Assembly (NCBI GenBank): GCA_951406725.2
Contig: OX597824.1
Coordinates: 52,080,001-52,144,000, forward strand
DNA length: 64,000 nucleotides
Source: Octopus vulgaris
Taxonomy: Eukaryota
Direction of reading: 5' to 3'
Each line of letters opens with the position of its first letter. The first letter of the stretch is position 1. A program made the position numbers and the translations under genes. Shown here piece after piece: positions 13,241 to 27,270 of this stretch. The notes under the pieces were generated by a model that saw nothing but the letters and a program-made list of their open reading frames with translations, ran no database searches and was not told the origin of the DNA.

Positions 13241-13467
13241 ATGAGAATATATAATAAAATTATCACCCATTAAACATATGTATGTGCGTATGTGAGTATA
13301 CGTATATAGTTATACGTATGTATTTAAGCATGTATATGCTTTAGTCCTTCTGATTTTCTCGCTATTACAGATAAAGCTATGCTGGTGCACCAAATTCACT
13401 ATATGTAGGTTTGTATATTTACTCTCCTACTTATTTCATCTTTCTTTTAGCTCCATATCTAGCCACT

Positions 13468-13490
13468 ATCTATCTGTCTATCTATCTATC

Positions 13491-13587
<97 letters not shown>

Positions 13588-13868
13588 CCTACCTACCTAC
13601 CTGTCTATCAACTAATTCACCTTTCTAAATATATACATATACGCGTATCTTTGACCCTTTCAGCTAACTAGCAATTTATTTATCCACATACCTAAACACT
13701 CTCTCACCCAGCCTATGATCCATCCAGCCACCCATCCTATGATCCATCCAGCCACCCATCCAAGCCACTCAACCACCAAAATCCATCCATCCATCCATCC
13801 ATCCATCCATCCATCCATCCATCCATCCATCCATCCATCCATCCATCCATCTATCCATCCATCCATCC

Positions 13869-13916
<48 letters not shown>

Positions 13917-13926
13917 ATCTATCTAT
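13468..13926. repeat. Compound tetranucleotide microsatellite (TATC)n/(CATC)n
   Basis: Directly visible runs of ctat, ccat and ccta units. Confidence 0.95.
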
Positions 13927-14321
13927 CAGTCCTTCTATAACTGAGAACAAAATTCCATAGAAAATACGCCGTACAACCGCAACATACACACACGGATTAT
14001 ATCCACTTAAGAGAGATTGTAGACTGATACAACAAACATTAACAAAAAGATGATTAAGCGTCAGTTTATTTCAGTTCCCAAGTGATGATCGAGAGATGCA
14101 ATCCACAGTCAAATTTTCCCAAACTTTCCTTCCATAATGTTCATCATCGTACATTTTTTCTCCAATTTTGTTTCTTAATATTTCTTTATATTTTCTTCTC
14201 GTAACTATGTGGCAGCTTTTTAATTTCTCTTGATGTATATAAACTTCTTCGTGTTTATTTGTGCGCATGTACATGTATCTATGTGTGTGTATGTGTGTGT
14301 GTGTACATACGTACATACATG

Positions 14322-14377
<56 letters not shown>

Positions 14378-14704
14378 TACATATATAGATGTATACATGT
14401 ATAGATGTATGCATGGATATATATATATATATATGTATGCATACATATACACAAGCATACTTACATAGAGGTTTCTTTAGTTATATTCAAAACATGACTA
14501 TATGTCCAGTTAATGAAGTTTTTTATGAAATATTTGTGGAGTTCTTCCAATAAATTGCAGACAAAACTCTCATTAACTCGATCGTAGTCATGTTTCACCA
14601 TAACACGTCTAAAAAAAGGGAAAGGAAAACAGAGCCAATAGTTATGTGTATATATGTACATGATCATCTGAGTATGCTTGTGTATGTGTGTGTATGTGAT
14701 TGTT

Positions 14705-14749
<45 letters not shown>

Positions 14750-17363
14750 ATATTTGTGTGTGTATGTATGCCAGCCGATACCTTTATTCCTAGACTTGAC
14801 ATTTACATATTCTTAACCAAGAGTAATTTTATAACTTCGCGTTAATGTGTAAAATGTTAGAAGCGTCAGTCCGGCATGGCTTTCGTAATCTCCCGGTTAA
14901 GTTCTAATCTGAGTCAAGCAACTTCGTTTGTTCCTTGTATATACGATTTCCATCTGAGGTTAGTAGCTTGGGAAGGGATGTTTCTATCAAGTTTACTTAT
15001 CTTTGTACACTTCACGAAAGGGAAAGTTTATCCCGTAATAATCCAATAATCCCTTGCAGACTAGAAGTCGTTGCCATCTTCAGTCGTTATATTTCAGCCT
15101 TATATTATATTATATTATTGTTTTCAATAAACAGTTTTCAGTCGGTTAGGAAATGAGTGGCAGTGTCTATGACTTTTTCGGACATTACCAAACAGGTGAG
15201 ACTGATGCTGTCAATGCCTCAATGCCAATCCTGAACACCTAAGTGAAAAACGTGAATATGGAGAAATCGAAGAATATTTGGTTTGATTAGTTGCAAAAGT
15301 GTGAACTTTTACTACAGGTAACCAATGCTGGTGTTACGTTGAAGCTGTGTGTTAGATTTAGAACCGAGTTAAACAAGACAGCGCATTAATTGACCAATGT
15401 CAAGCGCGGAGTTTGAACAAAACAGAAGCACCCGGGTATGAATTCTTAATTAAAGTAGGATGCATCAGTCGCTATCCATATACGTTCACTTTGTCTCTAG
15501 CTTCAAAGAAATTATAACTAACACGTCTCAAATAACCGTTATCCATCAAACACAGTTAGGTTTAATCAGCAATACAGCCATTTAATAAGCCAAGGCGCCA
15601 GTTGATCCCTTGCAGTTTAAAGTACGGTTGGGAGGTAGAAATGGTGGATTACTGGATTAAAAGCTGTGTCGCTTTATAGAGAATGAGCTCTTCTGAGTTC
15701 AGTCTTTATAAAAGCCACTTTGATTTTCATTCTACCAATTCGATTGTATACGCAGTAGTACTATACTACTGCGTATACCAGGTACGCGATATGTAGTAAT
15801 ACTATACCAGACATGGTATATCTTGTAATACTGTTCCAGGTATGGTATACACGTGATATTACTGTACCATTATTGTATAACTATATAGTAGTACTACACT
15901 AAATTTGAGTTTTCGATTACACCATTCACTTTGATGCTTATATAAAAAAAATCTACTTCTTGAATGAGAAAAGACAAATACCTCAGAAGAATAGATAAGG
16001 TTATGGCGAGCAAAGCCTATGATATGGTGTCGATTCTTAAAGAACGGTTTGAACATTTCCTAATCTCATTTTCATTTCACTTGTCAACTTCTGACTCCAA
16101 CTCAACCCTAGTTAAGCCAGATTATTATACATTAATTCCTTAATTCTTAATGCTATCATTAATATTTCATACGAATTAAGGAAAGGAATGCAGCCCACAC
16201 TCTGTCTTCATTCCTTACATCCACCTTCCCCTTCATTAAGCATTTCTTTCAGTCAGTCAGTCATTCATTCGGCAATTAACTCGTTCTTCCATCGATATCA
16301 TTTAGTTTTCTAATTTATCATCGTCAATGAACGAATGGACTACCTCCACATTAATTATTCATTCGAACATGTATTCATCCATATCTTTGCATTTACATAG
16401 ATCACTGTTCATTTGCACCGTTGATCCGTTCATATTTCATATTAACTGCAATTCGCTGATTTCTGAATTATTGGTTAAAGAAAAACAGCCTTTGCAAAAA
16501 CTCGTTTATTCTATCATTGATTTCCTTAATTTATCTGACATAAATTTATTGAACGATTCGATTTGTTGACCACTTCGCTTGTTATTTTTATTCATTTTAT
16601 TTTTTAATCATATTTTCGTTTATCTTTATGATTATCGGTCTTCTATTTTTTTTAGCAGTAATAATATTAAAAAAATAAGTAAATAAAAACAGGAGTACAT
16701 CCAATCTTTTTTCTTTTCAAATAAATTTTTGTTTATTCTCTCGTAATTTTCATTCCTTCGTTCTTGCTCTTTTTTCCCTCCCATTTAATAATTTTTTGTT
16801 TGTTCATACATTGAAATATTCTAACAGACTGACAGACAAACAGTTCGTCAGTCAGTCATCCGTTTATAGATTAAATTGTTTACTTTTCTCTGTATGTTGG
16901 CTTGTGTTGTTGCTTCATTATCGTCTGCTCGTCAATCAGTGTCGCCGTCAGCCATCAGTCTTCATCAGCATGCCAGCCAAACAGCCAAACAGCTAACCTA
17001 CCCACCTACCAATAAGCCAAGTACTATGTCACCTCATTAACACGTCCCAGAAACATAGAAGGCAATACAGCCTCTGTTTCCCCCAACACACAAACACACA
17101 CGCACATTTCTCACTCCCCTTCAGTTTTTTTCCCCATCTATCGCTCACAATAAACTCCCCCGATTAAATCAACACTAAGTCCGTTTCTTTCCCTTTTACT
17201 TTATATTTTTCCTTTTCTTTTTCTTTTTTTTTTTTGCTTTATACTTCCGTAAAACAACCCGAGGCTTCCCATTTCAATTCCATTTGCTAACTTTCTCTCT
17301 CACAATTTTTCCTTCTTTCTTCTCACTGTGTAGTAACCTGACAAGTACCGTCGTCGTCGTCGT

Positions 17364-17394
<31 letters not shown>

Positions 17395-17642
17395 AGCAGC
17401 ACCATCACTCCACTGTTCAATAACTACTCTGCTCCTCCTCCACTACCAGTACATCACCACCACCACCATCATCATCATAGTCATCATAGGCATCATCTCT
17501 GCTATCATTAATCTCCCTATACTTATTACCTTTTATTCCTAGCATTCCCATTAATATCTCCACAATCTACAGCGACGAAAGAAACAACAACGACGAGAGG
17601 AATACGAACTCTTGACGCGGGAGCCCGATGTTTGGTATATCC

Positions 17643-17689
17643 TGCTGCCAATTGCTGCCAATTGCTGCCAATTGCTGCCAATTGCTGCC
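17643..17689. repeat. 10-bp tandem repeat (TGCTGCCAAT) x4.6
   Basis: cctgctgccaattgctgccaattgctgccaattgctgccaattgctgccg. Confidence 0.95.
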
Positions 17690-18469
17690 GATCATGAGAA
17701 AACCTGTCGTGTTTATATTAAATACCGGGCCAAAGAGAATGAGAATGTGATGTTAGGGATAATCTTGTTTTAGCTGCGTGCTGCTACTGATGTTGATGCT
17801 GCTGATGGTGATGATGAAGTGTTGGTGATGGCGAAGGAGGAGGATAGTAGACATATGGGGTAGTAATGATATGATGTTAATGAGATTTTTTTAGGGGGAA
17901 AAGGAGGAGTAGGAGGCGGCAGAGGAGGAAGAATTTACTCCCAATAGAAACCGTCACAGAATTAGTTGCCCGGAAATAACAATTTTATAACAAGAATTCT
18001 TACACATTGCTGCTCCTTTTTAAACTTTTAGCTCTGTATTCTGGTGCCTAGTTCTCCCCACAATATAGCATTATATTATTATATTATTTGAAGGAGATTC
18101 TTTAACAGTTGAATGTAATTTGAAAAGGTAATAATCTACTGAACAATCTATTGTGAATACCTTTATTAATAACTCTCGTAATTCTAACGGTCTTTGAGGA
18201 CAAGGGACAAGTTCCCGATCTGAAGATCATTATACTGTAGAAATTTCTTCCATGTTTGTCTGGCCCCAGTATGTTTATGACACGTCAAGTCGAAATCTAC
18301 AATAGGTCTTTGCTTAAGAAAATAACATGTCCTGGCATGTCGATAACATTAGAAAACTGACCGTGAACTCATACTGGCAAGAGCGTAGAGTTGATCTAAA
18401 AGTGCATGAGCACATATATAATATTTCCTTAGATTCAAGAGAAATAGTTCACCTCAGATATAACCGGGA

Positions 18470-20330
18470 TCTAGTCTTTCTCGTTCGCAAAATGATCCCC
18501 ATTTAATTTTGCTCTGATTGCTTTCAATTTTGGTGTATCGATGCAACTCTGAATTTTAATTACGATCAACCAATTACTTTATCTCGTACATTAAAGAATC
18601 TGATATTATTTGGAATTAAATTTGGGAAATTTTGGTAATTTTAGCCAATCAACAGACAGCGTGGCATTAGCAGCTTGTTACCATGACAGCCGCACGCTGT
18701 GTTGTGGTCCACTGTTGTCTGTGCCGCTGTTGTCGATGTTGATTTTTCACACTTGATTCTTCACACCACGAGATTCTTTTCACCCGCGTATTTTGTTTTA
18801 ATTTTTCTGTGTGTCAGTATATTACATATTTTTCTGTGTTAGTATTTTTCTGTGCTTTTTCTGTGTTAGTATTTTTACATATTTTTCATTTCATATATTT
18901 TGGGGACTCATTGACTCAGACAGCTGGATTTATGATTTCTCTAGGTAAATTCTATTCATAAAAATTTAAATTAGGAGTATTTGCGCCGAGAAAGTGCAGT
19001 GGAAAGAGCTAACAAAAGTCGAACGGTTTCTTACCTTTAATTTATAGATGAAAAATGTAAACATTCTTCCTTTTCCTTCGCTTTTTTTTATGAGTAATCA
19101 AACTTGCCATTAGAATAGTGGTAAGAACGGGATTAGCATTGAATAACAACAACACTTCATATTAAATGTTTCTGTAATACGTTTCACCTGCTTTTCTAAA
19201 CTAAGTTTTGCAATCTGGCACTGTTTTTTTAATTCTATGTCTTTTTTCAGAATCCTACCTCGATTCTAATTTGACATGGTGAAACCATTGACATTTGCTT
19301 GCATCCCGTTAAAGCTGTGGGTTATTTCTATTTATTAGGTGATTGCTTCTATTTTATCATTTTAATTCGACTCTCATTAGTATTATTTTGATCAATTGGA
19401 AGTAATTTTTTCAAATATTTTAATATTTTAGCTTATATTAATTTAGCTTTGTAGATCACCAAATATTTGTTTGTCTTGTGTGTTACTAGATATATTTCTA
19501 TCTTTTATTTTTTTATTTAGTTAGATTGATTTCAGTGTCACAGTTTTCTGAGCAGCGAAATAAAGAATCAATTTGTCTCGTCATAATGTTTTATGTTGCC
19601 CATAAAAACTGTATCCCAAAGACTCATTCTTTCCTTTGGTGCCAGAAAATAATTTATTTCCTAACATACAATGCTTAAGAGAGGCTCATAAGGAAATCCT
19701 GTGCCCACATCTTGGACAGAGTTGAATTTTTAAAAAATTAAATAGTATCAGCCACCTTATAGGTGACCTTGAAACAGCCTACTGTCTTCATATGATGAAA
19801 CGGAAACAGTAGCCAACAGCTTCACCGTGTTAAATAAGAATCGATGTACGATCCCGAAAATAGACTTAAAATAGCAAGTAACAGAATGGAGCTGACATAC
19901 AGCGATGCTCCAGCGTAAATCTTTGCCATGGTAGCGAGAACGAAATAAATAACTGCTTTTCCAAATATGAAGGTAAACGATATTATACAATAAAACATAA
20001 GAGAAATAAGAAAAGACGATGTGAGGCATTACAGCATAATTTCTATCATGGTGTGCTAAGGCTTTTTATAAAATATAAACGAAGCAATATTATATATGAC
20101 TCTCCTTTAAAATATAGGGCCATGATCATGGTTTTCTTCCAGCTATCAACCTGCTGAGTTGAACTGCATCATTATCACCTGATCTGCGAATACCATACAG
20201 AAAACTCTTTCCCATATCATACACAATAAAAAGAACAGTTCAAGTAGTTATACAAGAACTTCGGGATGTGTTTAATGGGTTAAGAACCAAACAAATCAAA
20301 AGTGATTAATGTACTGCCATCCAGTAGTCT
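18470..20330 (+). mobile_element. Probable decayed DNA transposon (hAT-like transposase relic with subterminal region)
   Basis: Near 20207-20270, broken frames give FPYHTQ..RTVQVV.RTSGCV, resembling the PCHTQAVER C-terminal motif of hATm-like transposases. 18620-18690 shares a taattttagccaatc/gttaccatg block with the element at 39404-40101. Confidence 0.3.
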
Positions 20331-20607
20331 CTTTTGGATGTTAATAATCTTAGTTGTTAAGACATCTTTCTTATGGTTTATTTTTTAATCAAGTTTTGTT
20401 TTGTCTTCCGTTTCGTTCCGCTGGTTTTCGTTTGTGATAAAATTTGTGGGTGAATCAAGCACTACACTACTTCTTTGACAGCGTACACTTTTTCTGTGTT
20501 TTCTTTACAGTTTTTTCTAACTCCTCGGTCCTTCCTTCTAGAAATACTTCAACCAATAGCAGATATATATCATTTAACTATTATTGTTAGTAGTATTATG
20601 TTATTAA

Positions 20608-21015
20608 TTAAGGCGGCAAGCTGGCAGAAACGTTAGCCCGCTGGGCGAAATGCTTAGCAGTATTTCGTCTGCTGCTCCGTTCTGAGTTCAAATTCCGCCG
20701 AGGTCCACTTTGCCTTTCATCCTTTCCGGGGTCGATAAATTAAGTACCAGTTGCGCACTGGGGTCAATATAATCGACGTAATCCGTTTGTCTGTCCTTGT
20801 TTGTCCTCTCTGTGTTTAGCCCCTTGTGGGTTGTAAAGAAATAGGTATTTCGTCTGTCTTTATAATCTGAGTTTCAAATTCCACCGAGGTCGATTTTACC
20901 GTTCATCCCTTTCGGGTTCGATAAAATAAATATTAATTGAGCGCTGGGGTTGACGTAACCGACTTACGTCCTTGCCCCAAATTGCTGGCCTTGTGTCAAA
21001 ATTTGAAACTGATAT
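20608..21015 (+). mobile_element. Nin/Deu-domain SINE (family B), full copy plus partial tandem copy
   Basis: aaggcggcaagctggcagaaacgttagc (A box), gagttcaaattcc (B box), gcctttcatcctttccggggtcgataaattaagtaccag. The B-box-to-tail segment repeats at 20845-21015. Confidence 0.9.
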
Positions 21016-21497
21016 TATGTTATTGATCACTTCAGTTTCCAACATCCATCTATATTTGATGTGACTCATTATTTTTTTCCAAAGCACATCTGCTTGACCC
21101 TTCCTTTCTATGTGCCTTCATGTTCACACAAATACACAGGCATACGCATACACAAACTTTTTCTTCATTTCTCTTTATGTTGCAATAAATTCATATGCAA
21201 AGTATCACAATACTCATCTCATTAACACATCTAAATGGAAAACAGTTTAGGTGTGTTAATGAGTTGTTATTCTTCTTTTTGTCAACTAGTTCTGTGTCTA
21301 TGAAGCTTCAACAGTTTTTTTCTTCTTATCCATTGAACAGATTTCCTTTTATATCGATCACACTGAATCTAGTTATTCTTTTATCTAAGAGCGCATATAT
21401 CAATTTATTTCTACATCCGTGTATGTACGTAGGAATTTATGAGTATTTCTTTTCTTCTCTCTATTTCTCAATGCATATATATATATGTCTGTGTATA

Positions 21498-21528
<31 letters not shown>

Positions 21529-21569
21529 GTATACACGCACGCGCGAACTCACACACACACATGCAGTGA

Positions 21570-21890
21570 AGGCACATGGTTTAGTGGTTAGGCTAATCGG
21601 TTCTCGATCGTAAGGTCGAGAGTTCGATTCCCGGCGGCGCGTTATACCTTAATCAAGACGCTTATTTCACATTGCTCCATTTCTCTCAGCAGGCAAAAGT
21701 GAGTTGTACCTGCAATTCTAAGAGCTGACCTTCTGACATTCTGTGTCACGCAGAATCTCCCTGAGAACCATGTTAAGGGTAGGTGTGTCTGTGGAGTGAT
21801 CTGCCACTTGCACGTTAATTTCACGAGCAGGCTGTTCCGTTGTTCGAATAAACTGGAACCTTCGTCGTCGTAACCGATGGAGTGCCAGCT
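21570..21890 (+). mobile_element. tRNA-derived SINE (family C)
   Basis: tggtttagtggttagg (A box), gagttcgattcc (B box). Body aatttcacgagcaggctgttcc...cgtcgtaaccga is shared with 29031-29345. Confidence 0.85.
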
Positions 21891-22027
21891 GTATATACTT
21901 ACACACACATAGGCGCGCACACACACACGTATGTATGTATGTACGTATGTATGTATTATGTATGTATGTATGTATGTGTGTATGCATGTACGTATGTATT
22001 ATGTACGTATGTATGTATGTATGTATG

Positions 22028-22058
<31 letters not shown>

Positions 22059-22230
22059 GTATGTATGTACGTATGTATGTATTATGTATGTATGTATGTA
22101 TGTATGTATGTATATATGTATGTATGCATATCCATCTATCTATATAGTTCTCAATAGATATATTTGCATGGAGCCCAAAATCCAGATTATGAAATAACGA
22201 AAAACATATAAAAATTATATAGTGTTTTAT

Positions 22231-22352
22231 CTCGACAGCTGTTTCATGGGGCCATAATTCGAAGGTGACATGCGCACGATGCCATTGGTGTGCGACCAGA
22301 AACGAGTCCAGATGAAGTTATTACACTAAGTGAGGTCTCCCTTCTCAAGAGT
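22231..22352 (-). ncRNA. Degenerate hammerhead-like motif with very long stem II region
   Basis: Minus strand reads ctc TTGAGAA ggg...(about 95 nt)...ccccat GAAA cagctg TC gag. Stem I ctc/gag and palindromic stem III are present, but the CUGANGA box is mutated. Confidence 0.45.
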
Positions 22353-23159
22353 AGATTGGCAAATGTGAGTCATCTAGTAGCTTTTACAGATATAATGGTT
22401 TAAAAGAAGAAGAGAGGAAGTAAACGGAAATAGTGAGATATACGGAGTAGTTAAGACGCAAAATAAGATGAAAAACGGACGTATAAAGTCAAGATATAAA
22501 GATCAGAAGTTAAAGTTAAATAGCTTGCCGGATGAATGTGTAATCACTAGCCTCGAGGGTTGTCAAGGTAGTCGTTATTAGACAATAAAGGCGTTTCGGA
22601 GCATCAGAGGTAATAGACAAAGAGCCATAGGAGAATTAAGCGTTGAGATAGAGGAGTGGGAATAGTAGAAAAAAAGAAAAGTACAGTGAGAAAGAAAGAA
22701 TCTTAGCGACGATAAGAAATTATAATAATTTTACATATTGAGCAAAGGTCCACATCTATGATATTATCTGCATATCAGCTGTGAATTATAGTTATTACAT
22801 AACTCTTAGCCTCTCAAACATTTGTGGAGATAAGACATTATATCATTTTTCTCAATAGATTTTCCCTCTAATTTATAGTCTGTTATTTGTGCTTTATGTA
22901 AATAGTCATATATACATCAAGCCTAATTGTGTTTACCTACTTCACTATCTTTCTTTCTCTTTTTCTGTCCTTGCCTTTTCTCCCCCCCCCCTTTCTCTCT
23001 CCACACACATACAAAACATTTATATTATATATATTTATCCTTTCATGTGTTTCAGCCCAAAACCTGTGACCATGTTGGGGCACCGCCAGTAACATCACAT
23101 TTTCAATGGCCTTTCTCATATCATTGGCTTTTGTTCACTTTTGAGTTTCTTGCCATAAT

Positions 23160-26100
23160 GTAGGTTTTGTCAAGTTAGTTTTTGAAATCATCTACCCCAA
23201 CTCCATTTATATCTCTCAGATTTTTTCTACAAGATATTGTTATGAGTTTGGCTAAGTGCAGTTTCTTGGTGACCCATTTTGGGTGTGGTGCCGGCACATC
23301 TGGAAGAAAAGTGACAGTCCTTTGTTTACTGGGAGACTGATGGCTTTTGAATGGACCTTTCTGGCCTTGTGCGGTCGATTAGAGGTCGTTCTAAACACCC
23401 CTTGGAGAAGAGGAAGGAAAGTGGTGAGAAAGATAGAGTAGGGAATCTAAGAGCAGATAGAGAGGGTATTGGTAGTAAGAGAGGATGAGGGGCAGAGAGA
23501 AGAAAAGTAGTGAGAGAGATAGAGTATAAGGCTAAGGGACAGATTGAGGCGATAGAGATAGGCAGTAGGGAGCAGGGCAGTAAGAGAGGAAGTGAGGTCT
23601 TGGCAGTCGGGAGTCGGTCGTCGAAGAACACAGTCGGATTCTGGAATCTTAGGAGCAAGCGGTGGAATCTTAGGAGCAAGTTGGGATGCAGGAGTTTGGC
23701 AGGCTGGATTTAGCAGTATTGAGAGATGAGTGCAGAATGGAACACTGGCGATTCAGTTAGGAATTAAGGTATGTGATTGTGTATTGATACGTGTCACGAT
23801 GTAAAAGAAAAGAAGAGAAAGAAGGGAGAAAAAGAAGGACTCTGTCGATGTAGTCGATAAAGAACATTGTGAATTGAGTAAAGGACTTGTTGAATTGTAA
23901 CGTGAATTGTTGTGATACGAACATTGTATAATGTATCGAAGTGTTCTGATTGGACTGTGACGTATCGTGAACATTATTTGATCTGGACTTGTTGTGTCGT
24001 TACTGAACACTGTTATAATGTTACATGCATGTTGTTAAATGCTTTGATCTGTGGTATACCCGTATGATGTATTGATTTGTTGTTTCCCTTAAATGCTTTG
24101 ATGTATCTTGATGTTGTAACAATTGATTGTCATATAAACTGTTGTTGAATGTAAGCCAGTGTTGCCGTTTTGCCTTGCCTCTTTTGGTGTCTCTCTCGGT
24201 TGTGCCTCTGTATCTCTGTGCTGCTGCGGTTGTTGTTGTTGTGTCTCTCCTCTCCTCTCTCTGGGTTCCGTGGCGAACTTGCCCGTTCGGGCGAGCGGCG
24301 ACGGGTGATTCCGTAACAATATTAAATTAAATAGCTGTGGGCCTTTGAATCCCAGTCTATTGTAATGCCAAGGCCGTTGCTCCTGTCTGTATGGGTTGAA
24401 CCTCTGGAATATTGCAGCAGTGTCATGTCTACGGGCTGGAAACCCTGTAGGATCTTCCAAATGTATATCACCTCATATCTTTCCTACTTTTACTCCAGGG
24501 AGAAGAGTTGTACTTCTTTTAGTCTCTCCCAATAACTTCACTGTTCCATTGGTGCAATCATCCTGGTGGCTCCACTGAACTACCTCGAGTTTCATTACTA
24601 CTTTGACATCGTGGGGTGATCATATCTGAGAGCAGTAGTCCAGGTAGCTAAGGACATATTTCCTCCAAAAGAACCAGCATAGCTTCCTGGTCCCTTGTTC
24701 TGAAAGTTCTCAGAATTCATCTGGCCATCGTCTGCGCATTGCCACTGCCTTGATTATATGTACATGGAACGAGGCATCGTTGCTGATATCAATCCCCAGA
24801 TCATGCACTGTGTTTGACTCTGGGATTGCCGCTCCTTTTGGCCCAAAAAATCTTTGTTGTGAAATGTTAGCACAAACATATCGGAAGGCCTGAAATTTTT
24901 CTACATTAAATTGCTAGTTGTTTTCTCCAGCCCGTTTATGTATGACACCTAAATTTTTGAGTAGAAGATTAACGTCGAGGGGAACCTTGACTGCTTGTGC
25001 ATAGCTAGTAGGTGTGACTGTAACAGATAGCATGTCCGAGAGAGCCATCTCAAACTGCAGCGCTTCAAGACATATCCATGAGGCACTCGACTCTTTCTTT
25101 CAGTCTACTTTCAGAAGGCTCCATTGGCTACCACAGCCTGGTTTCTGTCTTTTAAGAAAATATTTAACCACTCTCCCAGTTTTCCGACTATGCTGAGTCT
25201 CTGTAGCTTGTAACATATTATCTCATGATCAAGCTTATCAAAGGCCTTTGCAGAATCGTGATATGTCGCATCCACGTTTGAGCGATACACAAATTGTTTT
25301 AACACCCAGTCATGATGCTGCAGAAGTTGTGTAAGGCAGCTTCTTTCTGAGTGGAAGCCATGCTGGGTGTCAGGGAACAAGTATTTGTCTTCTAAGAACG
25401 TGATCAGCTTCTTCTTGACAATGCGTCCCTTGACGTAACTGACATGTGAGGTTGGAGAAACAGGCCTATAATTTCTGCTCTACTACATCCTGTATTAGGC
25501 CTCACATTCATTTTCTGGGAGTTCTACCACTTGCAAAGAAGCATTGGAAGAAGATCTGCAGTGCTCTTCATAGGATTCATTTGCATTTTTAGGAAGAATG
25601 CACGGTGCCAAGTGGGCCACTTTTGGTAAGCAGAACTGATGATGTGCTCTTCATAGGAGTCATTTGCATTTTTAGGAAGATTGCCAGGAATCCATCAGGG
25701 TCTGTGGGTGAGTTGAAGCTCATTTCCACAATGACTGGCTAATATTACAGCCGTTTCCTATATCTCGATGTAATCGATAATAGCCTTCCCTTTGTGTTGA
25801 GCAGTGGTCCAAATAATTCACCAGGCATGGCTACTTGCAACTGTCTCAACGGAGTCGTGAAAACGCTTTTGTATTGCACATTCAGTATTTCATTTATTCT
25901 ATAGGGTCTGCAACCAGTGAGCCATTTTTTCGGGAAAGTGGCCCCATCTTGTACTGCACTGAAGCAGACTTTCTTCCATATATATATATGTATATAGTTT
26001 GCATCCCTGAGTGTTGGACTACATTCCATTCTGTATCATTTCAAAAAATAAGGATCAACCTTTTACACCTATTATCTCAAGATCTATAAAAATTTATGTC

Positions 26101-26260
26101 AGGCTTGAACAGTCTATTCAGAAACAAGGTGCATTCCAGAAGATTTTAGACTATTTCAGATAAGATTACAAATAAGTCCAAGACTCTAATCTTCTTCAAA
26201 CTAGGATTCTCTGACTTTAATACACTTGTAGTACTTCAGCCACGTCATGAAGGCCCCATG
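23160..26260 (-). pseudogene. Decayed CR1/L2-group LINE (RT ORF2) interrupted by the solo LTR
   Basis: ORF 25111..25380 has QHGFHSERSCLTQLLQH...VDATYHDSAKAFDKLDH..LG EWL..FLKDRNQAVVANG. GFKGPQLFN at about 24330 continues after the LTR as NIL..LRDINGVGVDDFKTNL at 23237-23170. Confidence 0.85.
23238..24318. mobile_element. Solo LTR (1081 bp), probably Gypsy-type, inserted in a LINE
   Basis: Begins TGTTATG and ends CGTAACA (TG...CA with short inverted termini). Flanked by ATAT at 23234-23237 and 24319-24322. LINE coding sequence continues across it. Confidence 0.8.
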
Positions 26261-26318
26261 CAAGTAATTCAAAGTAAGGTAAAGGTGTCTAGAACACACA
26301 CACACACACGCACGCACG

Positions 26319-26430
<112 letters not shown>

Positions 26431-26865
26431 TACACAAACAGATGCATACATGAATATATAGAGTATTTAACTAATATTGTGCAAGTTGAATTAGTAGGTC
26501 ATCAGATCTACGAATTAAACATAAGATGAAGCGATAATGTTACAACAGATCATCTCTTCATCGGTCAAAAGTGGAGCCTAAAACATGTCTTAGTGAAATA
26601 AAGATAAATCACCTTTCGTCATCTGTTTCAGCTAATGATAATATCGTTTAGCATCTGTGATAAGTCATTCGTAAACATCACACATTTACCACTGTACATT
26701 GTGATTATACACCAAAAGAACATTCTAGAGACTAGACATAACCGAAAGAACGTCCGTCAGACGGCGTAAAACGATGTTCTATCACATGCAATCTTCAGTT
26801 CAAATTTATTATTCTACTTCTCATTTACACATTGCACTCTGTTGGATGCAGCAATAGACCTATCT

Positions 26866-27270
26866 TTTATCTGTTATCTTTTACTTGTTTCACTCATCAG
26901 ACAGGCCATGCTGGAGCACCGTCTTGAAGAACTTTTAGTTGAATGAAATGACCCTAATACTTATTTTTTTAAAGTCTAGTACTTATTCTTTCGGACTGTT
27001 TTGCTGAATCGCTAAGTTACGGGCACATAAACACACAGAAACTGGTTGTCAAGCAGTGATGGAGGACAAACAAAGATACAAAGACACACACATACACACA
27101 CATACCTACGTTCATATTATATACCACGAGCTTATTTCAGTTGCTGTCTACCAAATCCAATCACAAAGCCCGCGGCTGCAGTAGAAGACACTTACCCCAG
27201 GTACCACACAGTGGAATTGAACATGGAGTCATGTGGTTGGGAAGCAAACTTCTTACCACACAGTCACGCC
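26866..27270 (-). mobile_element. tRNA-derived SINE (family A), near full length
   Basis: ggccatgctggagcaccg, ctagtacttattc, ctaagttacggg, ggttgtcaagc, catgtggttgggaagcaaacttcttaccacacag. Confidence 0.85.

Noticed and set aside
17643-17689. CRISPR-like or iteron-like repeat
   Set aside because: Contiguous 10-mers without spacers in eukaryotic context.
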